Source: Thermodesulfobacteriota bacterium
Lineage (GTDB): Bacteria > Desulfobacterota > Desulfobulbia > Desulfobulbales > SURF-16
DNA: 33,422 bases
Reading direction: 5' to 3'
Assembly (NCBI GenBank): GCA_040755455.1
Contig: JBFMAY010000045.1
Span: 1-33,422 of the forward strand
Position numbers and translations under genes: made by a program. Position 1 is the first letter of the stretch. Each line of letters begins with the position of its first letter. A model generated the notes under the pieces. The model was not told the DNA's origin. It searched no databases and saw nothing but the letters and a program-made list of their open reading frames with translations. Positions 28,745 through 33,422 of this stretch are shown here, piece after piece.

Positions 28745-28937
28745 GCCGCGCTACCATGCCAACATTAGTTTTCATTAAGATTTCAGAGTGTTAAAAGGTG
28801 GTTTCCTGGAGAAGACGGAGTAATTTTACTAAAATCCAAAAAGGATCTGTTTTAATTTTTGTAACAAAAATAGCTCACAACAGCCTGAGTCTCCTGCTCG
28901 CCAAAACACTTTTCAACATCCTTTATGGTACTGTTAA

Positions 28938-30593
28938 TTAAGAAAATATATGATCGAACCCTTCATCCAAGAGTTTTTGAGGTAACCACTCGAGAATTAA
29001 TTTCTTTGTATTTTTTATTAAATTACGTTCTTCTTTGGGAAGATTCTTTAACAATTCCTTATTTTCTCCTTCAATTGCATCTCTATGCTTTTTCATATAA
29101 GAAGAAGCATTGTCCCAAAAGTCATAGCACTCATTTTTGTCAATAAGCCTAGTGCGGATAATCTGATATAGTAACTGTGTAAATTCCTTGGCCGATTTTT
29201 CATCGGCATTTAAAAACCAATCTCCCTCTATAAAATTCTTATAGTTTATCAACAACGTTTTAATTTGTTGGCTACATTTATTAAAAAAATCTAAATCATG
29301 GCCTTTATAATGCTGGCTTGAGTCAAAAAAAGAAGGAAATTCTATCTTTAATACACCAAGTTGCCTCTCACCATCCTTCAATCCTTGGCCCAATAGCTTA
29401 ATAGAATAATTTTCAAGTAACTCTCTATGTTTTTTTTGATCTACTAGCTCTTGTAGGTTTTTAATTCCTATTCTAGATAGTTGACGTTCATAAAAAATTG
29501 CTGTATTTAGCCCTCTCCAATTATTCGTATCTAAAACGGATTCATGTTTTCTAGGTTTTTCATAATTTTCTTGAAGTAATTCCCATGTCAAGCCTTGACT
29601 AGAATGTGTATAGTCTTTTACGAGACCTTTTGTTCTAAGTTCCCCAATAGGCCCTGATATTCCATGAGCATCAAATAGGCGAAGAAATTCTTTTCCTCCA
29701 CAATTAAGATGAATATATAATGAAGTGATTTCAGAGCTGAATGTCTTAGAAAAAAAACTTAATAATGTTAAAATATTGCCCGTTTTTGAAACTTCCGAGA
29801 TGTGAAGGTCTAATAAATTACTCCTAGTCGCTATATTATTGACGCGTGAAAGATTTATTATAGAAGAGGCGATACGGGCCATCGCCTCGAGAATAGGAAC
29901 ATCAAGGTGAGTTATTTCCCTGCTTTCGATAGTACACACATATCTGAAGACCCCTATGACTACTGAATCATCAGATACAGACTTTATTGGGACAGCTAAT
30001 AATCGCTTGCTCCATGACCCGTCTTTAATGACGAACTCAGATGTTCTTTGCCCCCAAATGGGAGTTCCATAGTTATCACATTTTTCACAAACTTCTGGAT
30101 TATCATGTTTTATTTCTTCTAATCGCTCTTTTGCTCTCTCACTATTAACACGGAGCGGAAATCCAGTAACAGCTACCCAACCAGTAAGACCCCGATCTTG
30201 CCTAGCTTTTTTAGAAAACTTTTCATCTGCCGTTGATAATCTGTCATGAAGCTGATAAAAACAACGCTGCCTTTCACTGTCATAATTTTCTTTTTCATCC
30301 CAGAGGTGTAGTGAAGGGACACTACCCATGCGAGGATTTAAAGAAGAACTAGTCGATATTTCAATATATAATCTATCCGACAAAGGATCTCTTAACAATA
30401 ATGTTGCATGTCCGCTTCGAAGTTTATCTCTATTTAACAACTCCCTAGATTTTTCTACAATTTTCTTTAAAGCATCATCCCTTTTATCCCATATCTTATC
30501 CAAATCCGAACCAAAAATTGAATACCATAAGAGATCTACTTCTTCTATGTTTTTGAAAAGATCACTACCGAGTTTTGTAAGAGATTGAGACAT
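28938..30593 (-). CDS. AT-rich hypothetical protein with two GAF-like domains
   Basis: GGGAGGT RBS before ATG 30593. Motifs ATLLL.D...RLYI, GLTGWVA.TG.P and LLAVPI....VIGV.R, with a second copy TSLYI...LRL, GLTW and LGVLK.E. Confidence 0.65.
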   Translation of the reverse strand: MSQSLTKLGSDLFKNIEEVDLLWYSIFGSDLDKIWDKRDDALKKIVEKSRELLNRDKLRSGHATLLLRDPLSDRLYIEISTSSSLNPRMGSVPSLHLWDEKENYDSERQRCFYQLHDRLSTADEKFSKKARQDRGLTGWVAVTGFPLRVNSERAKERLEEIKHDNPEVCEKCDNYGTPIWGQRTSEFVIKDGSWSKRLLAVPIKSVSDDSVVIGVFRYVCTIESREITHLDVPILEAMARIASSIINLSRVNNIATRSNLLDLHISEVSKTGNILTLLSFFSKTFSSEITSLYIHLNCGGKEFLRLFDAHGISGPIGELRTKGLVKDYTHSSQGLTWELLQENYEKPRKHESVLDTNNWRGLNTAIFYERQLSRIGIKNLQELVDQKKHRELLENYSIKLLGQGLKDGERQLGVLKIEFPSFFDSSQHYKGHDLDFFNKCSQQIKTLLINYKNFIEGDWFLNADEKSAKEFTQLLYQIIRTRLIDKNECYDFWDNASSYMKKHRDAIEGENKELLKNLPKEERNLIKNTKKLILEWLPQKLLDEGFDHIFS

Positions 30594-30644
30594 AGAGCAG
30601 ACCTCCCAAATCATTTCATTTTAAATATTTAAGCTTGGGCGGGA

Positions 30645-31012
30645 AGACATGACCACCGGCATTGCCGGTGGCTGGATTAACGCCCTAAAAGGGCTTAAAT
30701 ACTGATTGCCCCTTAACATACCTTCTTCACGAGCTGTTCTGTGAACGAAGGCTTTGGCATTATTCCTCGCCGTCTTCTTTCATTATTTTACTTGCTCCCC
30801 TGAATGGGTCTTTAACTAAATCGGTGTCATATCGATCCATTATGGAATCGTGATCTTGCTGGTGCTTGATATAGTTCTTTACCTTTTGATCATCAAGCCC
30901 CACTGTACTGACATAGTACCCTCGTGCCCAAAAATGATGCCCGCGAAAATTCCGCCGCAGGCTGCTGTATTTCTCGAACAAAATCATTGGGCTCTTGCCT
31001 TTCAAATTATCC
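30645..31012 (-). mobile_element. tnpA: IS200/IS605-family relic: 3' half of Y1 transposase tnpA plus right-end hairpins
   Basis: LKGKS...FWARGYYVSTVG......YIKHQ (catalytic YxxxQ), with the HUH-bearing N-terminal half missing. Hairpins CCACCGGC-ATT-GCCGGTGG (30653-30671) and GCCCT-AAA-AGGGC (30682-30694). Confidence 0.85.
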
Positions 31013-31241
31013 ATCCTAATAAAGCCATACAGTGACATTTTATGCTTGTAAATAAGGTAAATTGTCGCATCTTAAATAGTTGGGAATTACAGTTGTCGCG
31101 CTAAATAAATTGATAGGTGATTCTCTGATATACTCCGACCTGTCAGAAAAGCATTTCGATCCATCTTGGATGTGTCAATCTCAACCGAAACAGCCCCATT
31201 CAATCCTGTCTCAACTCAACCTCTACCCCGTCCATAACTGC

Positions 31242-31396
31242 TGACACAAGGGGATGAGGTTTTTTTGAAAGATGTTTTTTTTGTGACGCTTGGACACATA
31301 TGACACAAGAAAACATATATTTTTATATTTTCCCGTTCTTATAGGGAAAATATGAATCTATCCGTCACATGCGTCATCCGTCACCATATGCGTCAC
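31242..31396. repeat. Inverted arrays of short TGAC/GTCA motifs around an AT-rich palindromic core (origin-like)
   Basis: TGACAC, GTGACG, GGACAC and TGACAC at 31242, 31283, 31292 and 31301. CGTCA(C/T) at 31363, 31372, 31379 and 31391. Central ATATTTTCCC-N9-GGGAAAATAT. Confidence 0.7.
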
Positions 31397-31685
31397 TCTC
31401 CTGTGTGCAAGAGCAGTTTCCCAGGCAGCCGATCAGGCCAATAATCCTCTCCCATAGCACCATGCTGGCCTAATGATGGTCGTCGATTTAATTTTCCAAT
31501 AATTTATCGCCATAGGGTCCCATAGAGTGAGGCAGGAAGAAAGGGGCAATTCCCCAAACTTATAGCCCCCCACCCCCTCGACTTTTCCTTATCCCAGTTC
31601 CCCGGTTCATCAGATCAAAACCAACCGTTGCCAAAGGAGGTGATAGGCAGGCAACAGCCCGATAGTAGTAATAATATAGTGTAGA

Positions 31686-31756
31686 TCATCATCAACCTAG
31701 ACCAATCCAGCATCGCAGTAGACCACTTCATCATCAACCTAGATCAATCCAGCATC
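31686..31756 (+). repeat. 29-bp direct repeat, two copies, 28/29 identical
   Basis: TCATCATCAACCTAGA(C/T)CAATCCAGCATC at 31686-31714 and 31728-31756. Confidence 0.9.
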
Positions 31757-31761
31757 ACCTT

Positions 31762-31800
31762 AGGGCAGTCACCGTCATCCAGATGGAGCTGCCCTTTTTT
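31762..31800 (+). terminator. Intrinsic terminator-like hairpin in the leader of the recombination module
   Basis: AGGGCAG...CTGCCCT followed by a T run. Confidence 0.7.
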
Positions 31801-31835
31801 CGTTGTTAAATCGATTCAACCAAAGGAGGTCCATC

Positions 31836-32036
31836 ATGGCCATGTCCATGGAAACCATCATCGAGAATGCCAAGCAGCATGGCTATGCGCCTGTGCGCTA
31901 TCCAACCGGAGAATTGCTCCGGAGAAGATGTCCGGAGTGTTGGACACCGGGAGCCATGGTCATATTCCGTCACCAGGACGAGAGCCTGGTGGATATTTAC
32001 GCCTGTGAGTGCGGATACAGGAGATATGGCGGTTAA
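31836..32036 (+). CDS. Small zinc-ribbon-like protein (66 aa)
   Basis: AAAGGAGGT RBS, with CPEC and CECGY cysteine pairs. Confidence 0.75.
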   Translation: MAMSMETIIENAKQHGYAPVRYPTGELLRRRCPECWTPGAMVIFRHQDESLVDIYACECGYRRYGG

Positions 32037-32065
32037 TTTCAGCAAATAGAAGGAGGACTTTTATC

Positions 32066-32680
32066 ATGAACAGACAACTACTCGAACAACCCTTCAGCCA
32101 GGACCAGATCAAGCAGCGCAAGGGAGCCTTGGGCAATACCCTTGAGTATGTGGAAGCCCATGTCGTGATTCAGCGGTTGAATGATGCATTCGATGGCAAC
32201 TGGTCCTTTGAGATTATCAAGCATGAAATCAATGCAGATGCAGATGAGGTTATCGTCCTTGGCAAGCTGGTGGTGGAGCAGATCACCAAGAGCCAGTTCG
32301 GCAGCAGTCGGATTACCCGTAATTCTGATACCAAGGAGATTGTCTCTCTTGCAGATGATCTGAAGGCGGCTGCTACTGATTCTCTTAAAAAGTGCGCTAC
32401 CATGCTGGGAGTTGGTTTGCATCTCTATCAGGGGAAATCCCCTTCTCAGCCCCCGGCCAACGGAGGCGGCAACAATAATAGCTCCACCAACAATTCCAGC
32501 GCCGGGAACGGCAACAGCCGACTCACCTCCAAACAACACTCTTATATCCAGCGGCTGGCCAATGAACAGGGCCTGACCAAACGGGAATTAAACGACCGCT
32601 GCCGCGAGGTCTATGGCTGCGTCTCGGACCATCTCACCAAAGACCAGGCATCCCACTGTATCGACCAGATGCTTGCCTGA
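32066..32680 (+). CDS. Rad52/Rad22-family (Sak-like) single-strand annealing protein
   Basis: AAGGAGG RBS. Motifs L..PF...IKQR.G....L.YV....VIQRLN..F...WSF and KAAATDSLKKCA..LGVGLHLY, then an Asn/Gly/Ser linker and a small C-terminal helical domain. Confidence 0.88.
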   Translation: MNRQLLEQPFSQDQIKQRKGALGNTLEYVEAHVVIQRLNDAFDGNWSFEIIKHEINADADEVIVLGKLVVEQITKSQFGSSRITRNSDTKEIVSLADDLKAAATDSLKKCATMLGVGLHLYQGKSPSQPPANGGGNNNSSTNNSSAGNGNSRLTSKQHSYIQRLANEQGLTKRELNDRCREVYGCVSDHLTKDQASHCIDQMLA

Positions 32681-32707
32681 TTCTCTTCACCATCATCAGA
32701 AAACCAA

Positions 32708-32742
32708 GGGGACGTCGGCTCTGCCGGCTGTCTCCTTTTTTT
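32708..32742 (+). terminator. Intrinsic terminator-like hairpin between the SSAP and nuclease genes
   Basis: GGGGAC.TCGGC-TCT-GCCGG..GTCTCC followed by T7. Confidence 0.65.
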
Positions 32743-32773
32743 ATGCCTGAACCACAACACAAGGAGGATAATT

Positions 32774-33304
32774 ATGGCTACCCATCAAGAAGCCCTGGAG
32801 CAGTTCCATGAGGGTTTCACCATCTCGTACAGCAGGATTTTCACCTACCTTTCCTGCGGGCTCAAGTACAAATTCGCCTATGTCGAGCAGAGACCACCGG
32901 AACGCATCAGTCTCGCCCTGCCATTTGGCAAGGCCATTCACAGAAGCATTGAAAGGTATTACCGCTCACTCAAAGACAACGGGTCCATCGAACCGCTGGA
33001 ACTGCTTGAAGAGTTATTCGAGGAAAGCCTGCTGCTCGATTTGGACAACGCCGGGGTTCCCATCATCTTCAAGAAGGAGGCTTCCGATACGGACAGCGCC
33101 CTGGCAATGGGCAAGCTGCTGCTGAAGACCTTCCATGATGGCATTGACCTGGGCGGCATGGAAATCGTTGATATCGAGGTTCCGTTGTCAGCCCCACTCT
33201 ATACCGATACCGGCCAGAAGACGGACTTCCAGCTCACCGGGATCATTGACCTACTCCTGCGCAACACGGCTACCGGCGAACTGGTTATCGTGGATAACCA
33301 ATAA
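32774..33304 (+). pseudogene. PD-(D/E)XK (RecB/AddB/Cas4-like) nuclease, interrupted at the catalytic D-x-K
   Basis: Motifs SYSRI.TYLSC.LKYKF.YV, FGKAIH, IEVP and GIIDL, ending LVIVDNQ* where VDxKT and a further C-terminal part are expected. Confidence 0.75.
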
Positions 33305-33422
33305 GGATTGATGCGACGTCTTTTTGTCGCTTTCAATCCTTTGTTCAAGAAGCCGCGGGCCTGACCTTATATAGGGGAATGCCTCGGAGGAATTTTTCAG
33401 AAGGATTGCACGGAGGGAAAAT

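Larger units (their letters stand above)
28079..33422. mobile_element. Distal end of a tRNA-Lys-integrated element (genomic island, prophage or ICE-like), continuing beyond the window
   Basis: Starts at the att fragment and contains AT-rich cargo, an IS relic, origin-like repeats and phage-type recombination genes. No integrase is visible in the window. Confidence 0.75.

Noticed and set aside
31686..31756. 29-bp direct repeats as a mini CRISPR array near a Cas4-like nuclease
   Set aside because: There are only two copies with a 13-nt spacer, no palindrome and no cas1 or cas2. The nuclease fits an SSAP-exonuclease module better.
33295..33346. Hairpin after the nuclease as an integron attC site
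   Set aside because: There are no properly complementary RYYYAAC/GTTRRRY boxes at attC spacing and no cassette context.

Overview
GC-rich bacterial DNA whose gene content and style suggest a Desulfobacterota (Desulfobulbales-like) genome; this taxonomy is an inference. Bases 1-21.4 kb are mostly core genes: a truncated YdbH-like gene, tatC, purQ, a YkgJ-type Cys-cluster gene, fused secDF, an alpha/beta hydrolase, rsfS, thrC, a kdpABCDE cluster and a double-Cache chemoreceptor. The most notable item is a gene the ORF track truncates: 19832-21382 reads through an in-frame TGA in a C-G-U motif, followed by a SECIS-like hairpin. It is a putative exported selenoprotein that fuses a degenerate UshA/5'-nucleotidase-like domain to a tetraheme cytochrome c. 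Bases 21.4-28.0 kb carry a universal stress protein, a GH13 glycosidase, decayed glucan phosphorylase and 2-oxoacid:ferredoxin oxidoreductase remnants, and an RHH-like gene divergent from two Hsp20 genes. A 48-bp 3' fragment of tRNA-Lys(CTT) at 28031-28078 marks the edge of an integrated element. That element holds a broken HU gene, an AT-rich tandem-GAF gene, an IS200 relic, origin-like repeats and a Zn-ribbon/Rad52-like SSAP/PD-(D/E)XK module. Genes are cut about 100-120 bp from both window ends, which suggests insertion-sequence ends at contig breaks.
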